DNA of 64,000 nt from assembly GCA_964187785.1 (NCBI GenBank), contig OZ076409.1, positions 57,538,001 through 57,602,000 of the forward strand, given 5' to 3'. Shown in pieces: positions 39,081-54,000 of the stretch (positions are counted from its first letter, which is position 1; every line of letters starts with the position of its first letter). The stretch comes from Amphiscolops sp. MND2022 (taxonomy: Eukaryota). The notes under the pieces were generated by a model, which had not been told where the DNA came from, did not search any database, and was given only the letters and a program-made list of their open reading frames with translations. The position numbers were made by a program, and so were the translations under genes.

Positions 39081-42000
39081 ACTTTCCACTTTTGCGGGAC
39101 ATGTATCGTAATGTCCAGTTTTTAGGACCAAGCTTTTGTAATCTCTGCTTTTTCAAAATTTCATCAATGACTTCTCGTAACAAGATTCACAATAGAAAAG
39201 TTCTCGCAGGTCTCTGGAGTTGGAAACCACAATTTCGAGTAATCAAGATGTGGGCGACTTGTTGATGCATATTTTCATTTGTTTTAAAAATAAAATCTTG
39301 AACCAACTGATTGAAGTCTGATTAGAAATCAGTTCGATTACGCCATTTTGCCTTTTTAGTAAAAAAGTCAACCGAGAATCTAGTTCAATATTTCAGTCAC
39401 CTTGTAGGTTCGCGCTTTATTAAGAATTTGGAAGTGAGCCTTTCCCGTTGGAGTATTTAATGTCAGTGGGTTAACTGAAATTTTATGGCAGAAGTGAAAA
39501 TTTTAACAGATTCATCAATTTCACTGAGACGAAGTAAGAGCAAAGCTGCATTCATCTTCTAGGCACTCATTCGGTAAAACATGTCCTGTCCAAGACTGAT
39601 ACATATCAAGAAAATTATTTGAACGGAAGCAACTTTTGATCGAGTTGATTTTGTCACTTTTTCGTTCAAAAAGAGGAATTTCGGGTAGTTTCTTTTGTAC
39701 AGCAACGTTTTTTCCTTAATCAATCAGATAACTTAAAAACGATTTCGAAAGTTGCGAGTTCTTAACTTAAATGTTATGTTGATTTTCATATCAGTCAGAA
39801 ATGTTTGACCTGATTCCATTGGAAAAGACTGAAATGAAAACTTTTTAGATTTATAATACCAGGAAGACATTTAAAGATCATGGAACAAAGATTCAGGTAA
39901 AGCATTATCGTAGGAGCCGGTATCTATTTGACCTCGTTGTTCAACTTCATAAGCAAAATTGAATCCAACATAGTAATGGTTTTCTTCCTCCAGCGAGGGA
40001 ACAGCACACACTTCTGGCGGTTCGCGATTATAAGGTCATTCAAGTAACGGGCGTTTTGAACTTGACGTTTTCAAGAGTAGTCCTTGGAAGTTTGAGCTCC
40101 TTATAATTTTTTCTGGAACTTGTTTGAAAAAACTTTGCGCGCCCCGACGTAGAGCAGGTCCCTCGAGAGTACAGTTTGGGGCTGAAAGATTCAGACAGCC
40201 ACAATTACGACAAGTGATTGATGACTGTTGCGTATATGGGAAATGGTTGGGTCAGGTCTAAAGAAAAGCAATTTGATTTTGATCCAGATTGAAATTCTTA
40301 TCAGTATTGAAAATATGATGTGAAGGGTACATTGGTGTCTGATTGAAAGCTAAATCGTCCGTTATCTTTGTTATTAGAGGGACTTTTATTTCTTCTACGA
40401 TTGTTTCTTCATAGCGACCACAAATACAAGGATAGCCATGTTGACTAGTATTTTGCTCTTGATTATACACGAATTGGCCTCGTTGACTTTGTGTGAACTT
40501 TGATTTGATTTCCTGGAACGTTTAGAGTATGATGCTTCTTAATGTTTTTCACCTGATTCGTCAGTGTTTTTAAAGTTTTACGCTCTTTATAGTTATGGGC
40601 ATCCCATTTAACCGGTTGTCCATTGCTTCCTGAGTGCTTCTACAATTTGTAAGGGCCGTGACTAAGGTTTCAGAAAATCAAAGATCTTCACCAGATGTCG
40701 TTTCTGGTTGCTCAAAGAGTTTGGAGTTTGGCAATCGAGACATATTCTTTCAAATATTGTCGTCGTATCTACGTAGAACGCGCATCTTGTCCTGAGCGAA
40801 GCATTTCTCGGTAAAAAGGCGTTTTTCAGCCGCTGCATTATCTGCTTGCGCGTCAATTGCTCGTCAGGACTAAATTAGGTTCTTAATACGTCTTTAAAGA
40901 TTGTGGTTTGCAAGGTGACCAACAAATTTTCAGGAGTATTAGTTTTCGAGTCGAACTTCAAATTTGCTAGGGTGAGTGCATGATTTTCTTGTAAGTGCGG
41001 ATTACACAAGCGATGGCGTAAAGCAGTCAATGTAAGGTCAAGGCCAGTCGTAATTAGCTTCGTAAAAAAGTTTCAAACTCACGGAAAGCTGAATTTCTCA
41101 AGCCATGAATAATGTTTTGGTTGTATTTATGATTGAGACATGAGGAGTCAAAATTTGCGAAAAAAGTTGATAGGCGGTTATCGAGAATGGCCGCTATGAA
41201 AAATTTAAAAGAACGTATTCCTGTAAAATTGAAAAAGTTGAAAAAAATCGCAAAAGTCACTTTTGTAAAGGAAGAAGAAACACCACGTAAATTGAAAACG
41301 AAAGAGGAAGTACCTTAAACCGGGTCGAATGTAAGGTGAAACAGATTAAAGCGAAGTTTTCAGAATAAGCAAACAGCTTGAAAAAGCAGCGAGATCAAAA
41401 AGTGTTGTGTTCGAGTGTTAAAATTGAACATGCTTTGAAATCGCCAGTTTTGGAACATCGTATCAACTTACAACATCAAAATGGCTCGCACTCACCATTT
41501 CACGTCTGTTGTCCGAATGAATAATTGAAGTCACTGAATCAAGTAGTAACGTCATTTTATGAATCGTGCAAGTTGATCAATATTTCATTTTTGAAAGCCA
41601 CAGTTGTTGATGTAAATTGAGACGTCGGAAGTGTAGAAGCAATACTCGAATTTTCTGGATGATAGGTACGAGATTATATGTTGTTTTTGAAGAATAATCA
41701 AAATGTGTTGTCTATAGCGAAGTCTCAGAATAATAAGCGAAAGAATATTTGTCAATTTGAAATGATAAAGCCGTCAAGTTTTGTTACAACTATAGATGTG
41801 TGGTCAAAAGCAGTGGTCGCGTGTGCGTGGTTTGTGCTCAGAATATTGGAGGAAAAAATGCGTTCGCAATGTTTCGAGTAGATTGTGGATTGCTTCCATC
41901 CTCTCACTTAGTCCTATATCCTATTTTGCAAACAGTTTGTCTTTTTCCGAGGATCTACTGGCAATGACAGAGCAGACAGCAATTTCGGAGCTTTGGTCAC

Positions 42001-43276
42001 AATCCCGCTTCCTGATTAGTTATAAAACGCAATTTTTGAAATACTATTCTTCTGATTTTGGTGTTTAATGATCATCATTTCTTCACTTTTATTGTAAGTA
42101 TTATGATACTTCGAAGGCTAAAAAGTTAGGAGCCCGTAATAAACAGTTTAAATGTCAAAGTAATCTGATTTAAATGGCAAAGCATTCTGAGTTCAAGGAT
42201 CAAGATGTTCTGTTCTCAAAAAGATATTTCGTTTCAGTGCATAACATTCGGGTAAAGGATCCTTGTTTGAACGCTTTCCCGAATTAGTAAGAATGTAGAT
42301 CGTAAACTTTTAACATTTTATAACCTCACTAAAAATAGGATTGTAAATTTTTTCTACGAACTCACTTGAAGAAAACTTTTCTACGAACAGAAAATTGAAT
42401 GAAAGAGGCATTAATTCATGCACAATCGCAGTCATGAAGACCAGCCCCTGCTCAATCGATACGCAATTTTCGCTCCCGCAAAGTCTTCTTCCTTCTACAA
42501 TCTCGCTTCTAGTAGCAAGACGTCTATTGGCGGCCGCGGGCCATAAGTAAAGGCGGAGATGGGGTTGTAGGACAAAACTGGCTGATGGTTGGCTTTTTTA
42601 GACGTTTGAAGTTCTACGAGTTTACTACTGGCATTCGACAATTTTTTTATGGCAACTCAAACAGCGCGAGAAATACGGTCATAGCCAACTGACAATACAA
42701 TTTTACTTTGTTATTGCTCTGGGGAAGCCATCTATACCATCTTTTTCAAATATAGATTATTCTATTTCTTAAACCTTTCTTTTTGATTTTTTTTCCATCT
42801 TGAGTCCGTGAAAGTCGGTGCTTTCATTTTATTCATTTCAGAAAATGCAGATGATGGTTCAACTTGGACCGAAAGTTTTCAACATAGATGTTTTTATCAA
42901 CCACTTATGACAACTTGGCTCAAAAAGGAAAATTGAAGATGTTCGAAGATTGTGGAAGTTCAATACTGGACGAGAAAAAGGAACAACATTTTTTGTGAAA
43001 ATGTCCAATATTAGGATACTCGTGTGATTCTTGTCAAAAGTAACGGTAAAGGGACGTACTTAATTGAACGTTGACTTTGTTTTGCCAGCATTATCCAAAC
43101 AGGATGCCATATGCAGAAATATGTGCCAGAAAGAGTCACACTAATTTGAAAAATACTGTGCTCCAGAGCCTATGATTTCGACATCTGAAACAATACAGAT
43201 AGACTGTGAAAATTGATTCATGGAACAATGAAACTCCTGACTAGTTCCATTGAAATGCTAATAGCTCCTTACGCAA

Positions 43277-43727
43277 TGGGTACTCCTGACTAAGTGTGGT
43301 CCCAAGCAATTTCTCTCTACTAAGTGTGATCCCTATAATGTAAGTGTGGTCCCTGCATATTTTGTCAGAATAATTATTATAACGTAGTCAGCTATGTTCA
43401 CATACCCCTAGTGCCCTCAATGCAGGAGCGAAGCGAAGCGGAGCGACGTGCCAAATGGCCATGCCTCAATGTTGCTACTTGGCGAAGGGAGCGAAGCGAC
43501 CGAGCCATACAACAAATATGCTAACCTCTTCAAATCAAGTTCCATACATATTGGCTGTAACAGCACTAAAATCTAGTAAATTGAATTCTGCTGTTTTGAA
43601 CTACATGTAATGTTTGCTTTACGTTGGCTATTCTAAATTTGGCTATTTCTAGGGACCACACTTAGTCAGGAGTTTTCAGGCCGGCTCCATAAATTTTGTA
43701 GGGACCACACTTAGTCAGGGGTACCCA
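43277..43727. mobile_element. MITE with 4-bp TSD and GCGAAGC core
   Basis: TIR TGGGTACTCCTGACTAAGTGTGGTCCC / GGGACCACACTTAGTCAGGGGTACCCA, TAAGTGTGGTCCC subterminal repeats, TSD GCAA. Confidence 0.85.
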
Positions 43728-46513
43728 GCAATGTTTGGTAAACATTGAAAGAGGCGCCATTTAATAAATTCTTGGAATTCATTTGGTTATCTGGTTTTTA
43801 GGTACCCTGGTTGGAACTGCTTGAATGATTTTATAAAATTCTCAAAGAAATGTCCATGCATTAAATCTTCACTGATTAGATTTAATTTTATCAAGCTGCC
43901 TATAAAATGCATCTTAAATTTGGCGGCAATTCTGCGCCGCGACGTTTTGGAAGTTTCATAAAGACGCCGTTCTAATTTTGAAATCACTGAGACCTTAATC
44001 AATTTTACCACGCTTTCAATGCAAACAAATTCAAGTCACATTATAAGTTTCAAAGTGGCGTCATATTCAGCGTGCTAGTTGGCTAACGGTGATTACATAA
44101 GGTACTTACATGGGAAACTTACGCGTGAAAACAAAGTGATCGCTGCGGTGAAGAAGTGGAAATGTTTTCAGTTTTAATTCAAATAGTGAAGGCTGCATGG
44201 CAATCCTACAAAATGTTTCCACGCACGGTCCCGGAATTTTCCATGTTTTATAAAAAATTAGCCTGCATGTTTCCATGCAGCATGTAAAAAGTTCAAGCAA
44301 TCTCGACTAGGGTATCTTGGAGAATCACGAACTTTTTTAAAGTAGACTACAAATTTCACCGATTGGATCACAAAATGAGTGAAGATCAAAACCTACACAG
44401 AGGCCAGTATGTTACCGTAAACAAGTCTCTTTTCGCGAGAGCTTATGTACGATCTTATACACCCGAGTTGATAAATTTCAACAATCAATCAGTCCTCATT
44501 AGTGCTCATTACAATCCTGCAGAAAAAATTGTTGTCGATTCCCGAATAAGAAGTTCCAAAATTGGCTTCCTTCCAAGTAAACACAAGGATAGGTCCTGTG
44601 TAGTATGCTTTGACAATAATTTTGTCAGAGTCAAACAGAGATTCGTACAAATCTAAAATCCCGAGGGTGTTTAATGAACTATCGTTACAGCCGGGTGAAA
44701 TTTCCCTAACTTGATGTTGCCTTTAAACGAGAACTAGAACTAACCGCTGAAGTAGACAGCAATTTCAATTATTTTTTACGGCTTATCAGTTCACTTGTCC
44801 GCTCCGATATCAATACAGTTCCCACAATCTCAAAAAAAGTAATGAAACCATTAAAGCTTTGGAAACACTGACTACCGTCACACGCACAAGAAGAACAAAT
44901 CACCGGCGGAATTTTACCGAGTGGTGACTGTCAAACTTTTTGTGAAGAGTCAAAGCACAGAGATCAATTTGTCAAAAATCTTACGCGCTCACAAAAAACA
45001 TTTTTGAGAAATTCGGAATATTTTGCAACAGAATTAACCAAATTGGACAGATTGGATTTTCAAAACAAAATGATGTAAACAAGAAACAATACTCGGAGAT
45101 ATCGAATGTGGAAATTTATGTCTGATTAAGAACGGAAAACCAGAGATGTACACGACAGTTTAGATATCACTAAGCTAGAGGTCCATGAGGTTTTATTTGT
45201 TGATTTGGCTTTGGAAATGCTTCCATTTTTCAAAGTTTGGAAGGTTTTCTCAAATAATTGAACCAAAGTCATTGACCGAATATATTTTTTTTCAATCCAG
45301 GGAGAAGGGTTTTAGAAATAAGGTCAATCGAGTAAAGCCTCTGAAACTTTTATATAAATGACAGTCCCGGTTGAGTTATAAGAGACATGGCCGGATCGCC
45401 CCTATTGTCGTATTAGCAACAGTGTTTCTTTAACTGAAAACAAGAAAACATCAAGGTCAACAAGAAAAGTCTCGCAGGGCCAAAAACTTCAAATGGGTGA
45501 TCTTTTGCTACCTTTTGATATGGTCCAAGATACATTTTTAGACCTGCTTCACGATGATATGCCTACTGACGAGTTTGAACAAAAAAAGTGGACGCTTCGA
45601 GGTAAACTGAAAGGTATGCGGGAAACTCATCAAAAACAACTCATCGAAATTTCAATGGTGGGAAACTGATGGATCGAAAATTATCTCATCAAATAATAAT
45701 TGAGTGCAAACTCGTCTAATAATTACAGATTACCCACAGGGACTCTTGTTTTGCTAGTATTTTTGACTTGTTGTTTTCGGCGAGTTGTTTTTGACGTTTT
45801 CTTAGATTCGAACTGACGAACAAATCTCAAAATATAACCATGAAATTAATTTCTTCAAATAATTTTGTCATGACTTGAAGAGGAGGAACCCTTGGAAAAA
45901 CTTGCTATTTTGTTTATAGGAAATTATTGAAAATTTGCAGTGGGCATTAAATGGTCACTTCCCCAGGTTAGGATCTCTTCAGGCGACGACAAAAAACATT
46001 CTGGAAAAACTTGCGTACTTCACGAGTTTTCTTGATTTTCAAAAACAGATTCAAGAAAGTGTTTTTACTTGTATTGAAATATTTGTTTTATACAGTTAAA
46101 TTTCGTCTGGTAATTTTTGGACCACTCGAATAGAACTTTTAGGTTGTTACTTTCCGTCTTTTCGGGAAACCAAAAGTTTTAGTTTTAACAGAAAATGTTT
46201 ATATATTTTTTTGCATCTGTTTCTGCCATTACTTCTATAACTGCTTCAACTGCTTTAATTTTTCTATAATTCATAAGCTGCTTTGTCTGGGGAGTATCAC
46301 GGAAGTACGGAGTATGACTGTTCAAGTCCCGTGCAAAACCAAATTTTCATTGCTTGCACAGGTTGAGGAATGACCGAAAGTTCACCCTGTTGGGTTTTTT
46401 GGTACTATGCGACGTTTTCCTGGTTTTTAAAAACCGAATCAGCTTTTGATTTTAGGAGGAATAGAGCGTTTCGCGAGCATAAATACCCGCGGGTGTTTTC
46501 AGAACAGTGCAAT

Positions 46514-49500
46514 TGTGACATCATGTATTATGTCATACTTGAGATTACACCATAGAGGTCCAAATACTTCTAGACATTTAAGTACCTGTCAACATTTATG
46601 TTTATCATATATGCTGGTACATGTATATCTTATTATAGTACCATATTCGTATGAAATTCAGTTGGAATGGAACACGAATAACAAACAATACATTGTTACA
46701 ATCTATATGTTCCTCATCTTGACCTTACGATACGATAGAACATGGCGCAGTCGGAATAAATAAATGGAGAGCAACAAAAATTTGGAAAGCACAAGTTCCT
46801 CAAATGGAAAAACTTCAGAACGGGGGACCGCAAACAATGAGAAAACTCATCAGAAGACCACCCTACCTACCTTCGAGAAAAGGGGAACACAAGAGGCCGA
46901 ATTGTGGTGGCGTAGATTCACCCAGTACATGAAGATGACTCAAAACATCGATCTGAATATCATGACTACAGACAGAGAAATACTGGAACAATATCGAGAC
47001 GAACTAGAACAACGGGTCAAAGACGTTTTCATAGAGGCACTGGGCGAATCCGTCATCACTGAGATGACAAGAACCGTTCGAGACAACGATCCGAACAGAT
47101 TGGATCTCAACCACCTACATTCGTTGTTCAGACTACATTTTATTCCAGAACGTTACAAATTTCGAAGCCGAGACAATTTCTTCTGAATCACACGAGAGAA
47201 AAGTGAAACAGCCAACGACGCCTGGACACGAATTTTTCAAGTAGAAAAGAATTGTGAATTTGAAAACGTGACCCCTGCAGTACTAATCGCGTCAATGTGT
47301 TTATCATTCATTGGAAGAAAAACGGGCGATTTTGAGTTAAAGTAGAAAATTAGAAAGCGACATGACTATTGAAACACTTACGGACATAGTACACGAGTAC
47401 ATGTATGACAGGTTAAACGAGTCAAGCATTTCAAACGATGGCAGAGAAGCACAACACATTCAAGAACGACAATACAAACGGAAATGGTCTGATAAATTCA
47501 GTAACGAAAGTCTAAAAAAACCCAAATAATCAAAAACCAATATATAAAGACAACCGGTGCGGACAATGCAGTGCACCTAACTGGTCAAGAATGCACAACT
47601 GCCCAGCAAAAGCCGCTGAATGCCGTAATTGCAAAAGAAGGGTATACTACGAAAAAATGTGCAGATCACTGAAGAAAAAAAACATATCGAAGGAAGTCAT
47701 CATCAGCAGAAGAAGAAAACTGGGACTATAACAAAATACAGAAGATAAATGGAAATGATAAGAGAGTATTCTACAATACAACGCTGTTGGACNNNNNNNN
47801 NNNNNNNNNNNNNNNNNNNNNNNNNNNNNNNNNNNNNNNNNNNNNNNNNNNNNNNNNNNNNNNNNNNNNNNNNNNNNNNNNNNNNNNNNNNNNNNNNNNN
47901 NNNNNNNNNNNNNNNNNNNNNNNNNNNNNNNNNNNNNNNNNNNNNNNNNNNNNNNNNNNNNNNNNNNNNNNNNNNNNNNNNNNNNNNNNNNNCAACAAAG
48001 TTAGATTTTGATTATGCATATGGACAAATCCAACTGGACAAATAGAGAAAAAATATATGCATATTTATCGTCAAAAGGTGGAGTATTCTTTGGATACTAC
48101 CGCTTCTTAAAAGGATTCTACAGACTGGTAGATATTCCAACAAACTTCCCCGACAACCAATCTTCCAAGAACACCAATCTTCCAAGAACACTAATCTTCC
48201 AAGAATACAAACACCCATAGTGGCTTGACGATCTAATAAGAGTAACGAAAAGGGATGTGAAGCAACACGAAGCAGACCTTAGAAAAACAATGAAAAAACT
48301 AGAAAATGTCGGATACAGACTAAACATATAGAAGTGCGAGTTTCAAGAGCGAAATTGAATGGATGGGGTCTAAAATCGATCAAGAGGAATACGACTACTT
48401 TCCTTGGAGCGATCCAGTACCTCTCAAAACTTATCGAGATTTTATCTGCCAACACTGACATTTTGAGAAAACATTTGAAGAAACAAAACCAATGGAATTG
48501 GACAGACGAATATATCAAAGCATTGAACAAATTAAAGGAATTTACAACGAAAACATCCATGCCTGGCCCTCTGTAACGCAAATAATGAAAACATTTTAAC
48601 AACAGAGACGCTAGTACAAAAAAGTTTGGAGCAACACTGTCGCAACGGCAGAAAGATGGCAATTTTAAACCGTTCGGACACGCAAGCAGGTTCTCATTGG
48701 ATACTGAGAAGAATGCAATAAACGAACTGGAGCTACTTGCGGTAGTATAGGTTCTGAATCATTTCAACCAATTGAATTACTGACATATCATCAGGCGCTA
48801 GAACCACTAATAAGGAGAAACAGATCAAATAAAACGGATAGCGTAAGTCTAACACAATGGCTAGATAGAATGGCAGATTTTGACATAAAGATGAGACATC
48901 GTAGACTTTTGAGCAAAAATCCAGTGTCAAAACCAGAACGAATAGAAAATTACAATGAAGAGTACATAATTGATTGCACAATACCTTTATTCGAGTTCAT
49001 CAACAACCACAGCAGCATCAACGAGTCAAAGATGAAATAAACGCGAATGGACAACTCAAAGAAGTGTGAACAGAAAATCGACCAATCACAAAACAGTTAT
49101 CGAGAGAAACCGAAGTCAAAGGACAGTAAAGCGAACAATCGCAGTTCGTTGCTATCATCTCAACAGAAAGTTTCACACCATCAGAAAAATATCAGAACGG
49201 ATTATAAAAAGATTGAACAATTGGAGAAGGAAGTCTCCTCAGCAGAAACACTTGTTCTGACAAATAGATGGAAAAATTTAGGTAAACCGAACAGTTACAA
49301 AATGAGGAATGGAGTTTGACAGCATACAACCCACCAAGATGCCACCGAATGGAAACCAAACGGATCGAAGTGGAACTGCAACAAAAGATTAAGAAACTCG
49401 TCTAGAAAAGAATAGAACAACAGAGCCAAGAAACATCGGATGAAAAAAGCAGACGAGAAGAAATGTTCAGAGTGAATGGGAAAATTAGAATCACACCAAT

Positions 49501-49664
49501 GCAAAACAACACGAACGAGCAAGGGACCAGTAAAATTACATCAACGGAAGAAACGCGAAGAAACCACATCCAAATAATTAAATTCACGTACCGGCATTTT
49601 GCTTCAAAAAGTAACTGGGAATCATATAGATCCAAATGGGGCGAGTGAGTCATGTCCAAGAAAA
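46514..49664 (+). mobile_element. Truncated duplicate of Gypsy element (5' LTR 46514-46742, PBS, gag, partial pol)
   Basis: TG...CA LTR, PBS TGGCGCAGTCGG, gag ORF at 46764, CCHC-like knuckles, DFDYAYGQI, WLDDLI. Confidence 0.88.
47793..47992. other. Assembly gap (200 N)
   Basis: Run of N; the paralogous interval in the second copy is 52348-52760 (413 bp). Confidence 0.99.
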
Positions 49665-51063
49665 ATTTGTTGTATTGGCTTTGGAAATGCTTCCATTTTT
49701 CAAAGTTTGAAAGGTTTTCTCAAATAATTGAACCAAAGTCGTTGGGCGAATATAATTTTTTTCAATCCAGGGAGAAGGGTTTTAGAAATAAAGTCAATTG
49801 AGTAAAGCCTCGGAAACTTTTTAAATAAATGACAGTCCCGGTTGAGTTATAAGAGACATGGCCGGATCGCCCCTATTGTCGTATTAGCAACAGTGTTTCT
49901 TTAACTGAAAACAAGAAAACATCAAGGTCAACAAGAAAAGTCTCACAGGGCCAAAAACTTCAAATGGGTGATCTTTTGCTACTTTTTGATATGATCCAAA
50001 GTACATTTTTAGACCTGCCTCACGATGATATGACTACTGACGAGTTTGAACAAAAAAAGTGGACGCTTCGAGGTAAACTGAAAGGTATGCGGGAAACTCA
50101 TCAAAACAACTCATCGAAATTTCAATGGTGGGGAAACTGATGGATCGAAAATTATCTCATTAAATAATAATTGAGTGCAAACTCGTCTAATAATTACAGA
50201 TTACCCACAGGGACACTTCAGTGCTGATTATGGAATAATTTTCCCTAATTGATGCATGAAATTTTCTGGTTAATGCATATTATTGCTGTTTTAGTTATAT
50301 AATTGCTAGTATTTTTGACTTGTTGTTTTCGGCGAGTTGTTTTTGACGTTTTCGTAGATTCGAATTGACGAACAAATCTCAAAATATAACCATAAATTAA
50401 TTTCTTCAAATGATTTTGTCATGACTTGAAGAGGAGGAACCCTTGGAAAAACTTGCTATTTTGTTTATAGGAAATTATTGAAAATTTGCAGTGGGCATTA
50501 AATGGTCACTTCCCCAGGTTAGGATCTCTTCAGGCGACGACAAAAAACATTCTGGAAAAACTTGCGTACTTCACGAGTATTCTTGATTTTCAAAAACAGA
50601 TTCAAGAAAGTGTTTTTACTTGTATTGAAATATTTGTTTTATACAGTTAAATTTCGTCTGGTAATTTTTGGACCACTCGAATAGAACTTTTAGGTTGTTA
50701 TTTTCCGTCTTTCGAGAAACCAAAAGTTTTAGTTTTAACAGAAAATGTTTATATATTTTTTTGCATCTGTTTCTGCCTTTACTTCTATAACTTCTTCAAC
50801 TGCTTTAATTTTTCTATAATTCATAAGCTACTTTGTCTGGGGAGTATCATGGAAGTACGGAGTATGACTGTTCAAGTCCCGTGCAAAACCAAATTTTCAT
50901 TGCTTGCACAGGTTGAGGAATGACCGAAAATTCACCCTGTTGGGTTTGTTGGTACTATGCGACGTTTTCCTGGTTTTTAAAAACCGAATCAGCTTTTGAT
51001 TTTAGGAGGAATAGAGCGTTTCGCGGGCATAAATACCCGCGGGTGTTTTCAGAACAGTGCAAT

Positions 51064-54000
51064 TGTGACATCATGTTTTATGTCATACTTGAGATTACAC
51101 CATAGAGGTCCCAATACTTCTAGACATTTAAGTACCTGTCAACAATTATGTTTATCATATATGCTTGTACATGTATATCTTATTATAGTACCATATTCGT
51201 ATGAGATTCAGTTGGAATAGAACACGAATAACAAACAAAACATTGTTACAATCTATATGTTCCTCATCTTGACCTTACGATACGATAGAACATGGCGCAG
51301 TCGGAATAAATAAATGGAGAGCAACAAAAATTTGGAAAGCACAAGTTCCTCAAATGGAAAAACTTCAGAACGGGGAACCGCAAACAATGAGAAAACCCAT
51401 CAGAAGACCACCCTACCCACCTTCGAGAAAAGGGGAACACAAGAGGCCAAATTGTGGTGGCGTAGATTCACCCAGTACATGAAGATGACTCAAAACATTG
51501 ATCTGAATATCATGACTGCAGACAGAGAAATACTGGAACAATATCGAGACGAACTAGAACAACGGATCAAAGACGTTTTCATAGAGGCACTGGGCGAATC
51601 CGTCATCACTGAGATGACAAGAACCGTTCGAGACAACGATCCGAACAGAATGGATCTCAACCACCTACATTCGTTGTTCAGACTACATTTTATTCCAGAA
51701 CGTTACAAATTTCGAAGCCGAGACAATTTCTTCTGAATCACACGAGAGAAAAGTGAAACAGCCAACGACGCCTGGACACGAGTTTTTCAAGTAAAAAAGA
51801 ATTGTGAATTTGAAAACGTGACCCCTGCAGTACTAATCGAGTCAATGTGTTTATCATTCATTGGAAGATTAACGGGCGATTTTGAGTTAAAGTAGAAAAT
51901 TAGAAAGCGACATGACTATTGAAGCACTTACGGACATAGTACACGAGTACATGTATGACAGGTTAAACGTGTCAAGCATTTCAAACGATGGCAGAGAAGC
52001 ACAACACATTCAAGAACGACAATGCAAACGGAAATGGTCTGAAAAATTCAGTAACGAAAATCTAAAAAAACCCGAATAATCAAAAACCAATATATAAAGA
52101 CAACCGGTGCGGACAATGCAGTGCACCTAACTGGTCAAGAATGCACAACTGCCCAGCAAAAGCCGCCGAATGCCGTAATTGCAAAAGAAGGGTATACTAC
52201 GAGAAAATGTGCAGATCACTGAAGAAAAAAAAACATATCGAAGGAAGTCATCATCAGCAGAAGAAGAAAACTGGGTCTATAACAAAATACAGAAGATAAA
52301 TGGATGGAAACGATAAGAGAGTATTCTACAATACAACGCTGTTGGACAACGAGAGACCATTCAAATTCGTTATAGACAGCGGATCACCAGTACCACTAAT
52401 CAAAAATTGCCTATTAAAGAAAACAACCAAAGTGAATCACCAATTACCACTTAAAAAGATGAAAATAACCAAAGAATTGAACTCACTGGACAAACGAAAG
52501 CAACAGTAAAAACAAACACCAAAACGCTAGAATCACCATTGGTGATTACAAATGCAATAACATCGCTGCTGATGAGATTAGATGAGATGCAACGGTTGGG
52601 AATACATCTCAACAACAATAACAGCGAAGTACAAATACACAATACAAAAACGGATGATACTAAGTCACAATAAAACAAAAAACTCAAACGCGAAGCTTGG
52701 AAGAAGAAATTTTAAGGTTTCCAAGGAAATCATCAGAACGAGAAGACGGCGAAATTCCGGCAACAAAGTTAGATTTTGATTATGCATATGGACAAATCAA
52801 ACTGGACAAATAGAGAGTAAATATATGCATATTTATTGTCAAAGGTGGAGTATTCTTTGGATACTACCGCTTTTTAAAAGGATTCAACAGACTGGTAGAT
52901 ATTCCAACAAACTTCCCAGACAACCAATCTTCCAAGAACACCAATCTTCCAAGAATACAAACACCCATAGTGGCTTGACGATCTAATAAGAGTAACGAAA
53001 AGGGATGTGAAGCAACACGAAGCAGACCTTAGAAAAACAATGAAAAAACTAGAAAATGTCGGATACACACTAAACATGTAGAAGTGCGAATTTCAAAAGC
53101 GAAATTGAATGGATGGGGTTTAAAATCGACCAAGAGGAATACGACTACTTTCCATGGAGCGATCCAGTACCTCTCAAAAATTATCAAGATTTTATCTGCC
53201 AACACTGACATTTTGAGAAAACTTTTGAAGAAACAAAACCAATGGAATTGGACAGACAAACATATCAAAGCATTGAAGAAATTAAAGGAATTTACAAAGA
53301 AAACATCCATGCCTGGACCTCTGTAACGCAAAAAATGAAAACATTTTAACAACAGAGACGCCAGTACAAAACAGTTTGGAGCAACACTGTCGCAACGGCA
53401 GGAAGATGGCAATTTTAAACCGTTCGGACAGGCAAGCAGGTTCTCATTGGATACTGAGAAGAATGCAATAAACGAACTGGAGCTACTTGCGGTAGTATAG
53501 GTACTGAATCATTTCAACCAATTGAATTACTGACAGATCATCAGGCGCTAGAACCACTAATAAGGAGAAACAGATCAAATAAAACGGATAGCGTAAGTCT
53601 AACACAATGGCTAGATAGAATGGCAGATTTTGACATAAAGATAAAAGACATCGTAGACTCTTGAGCAAAAATCCAGTGTCAAAACCAGAACGAATAGAAA
53701 ATTACAATGAGGAGTACATAATTGATTGCATAATACCATTATTCGAGTTCATCAACAACCACAGCAGCATCAACGAGTCAAAGATGAAATAAACGCGAAT
53801 GAACAACTCAAAGAAGTGTGAACAGAAAATCGACCAATCACAAAACAGCTATCGAGAGAAACCGAAGTCAAAGGACAGTAAAGCGAACAATCGCAGTTCG
53901 TTGCTATCATCTCAACAGAAAGTTTCACACCATCAGAAAAATATCAGAACGGATTATAAAAAGATTGATTAATTGGAGAAGGAAGTCTCCTCAGCAGAAA

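Noticed and set aside
47749..48045. ORFs spanning the N run
   Set aside because: Artefacts of the assembly gap.
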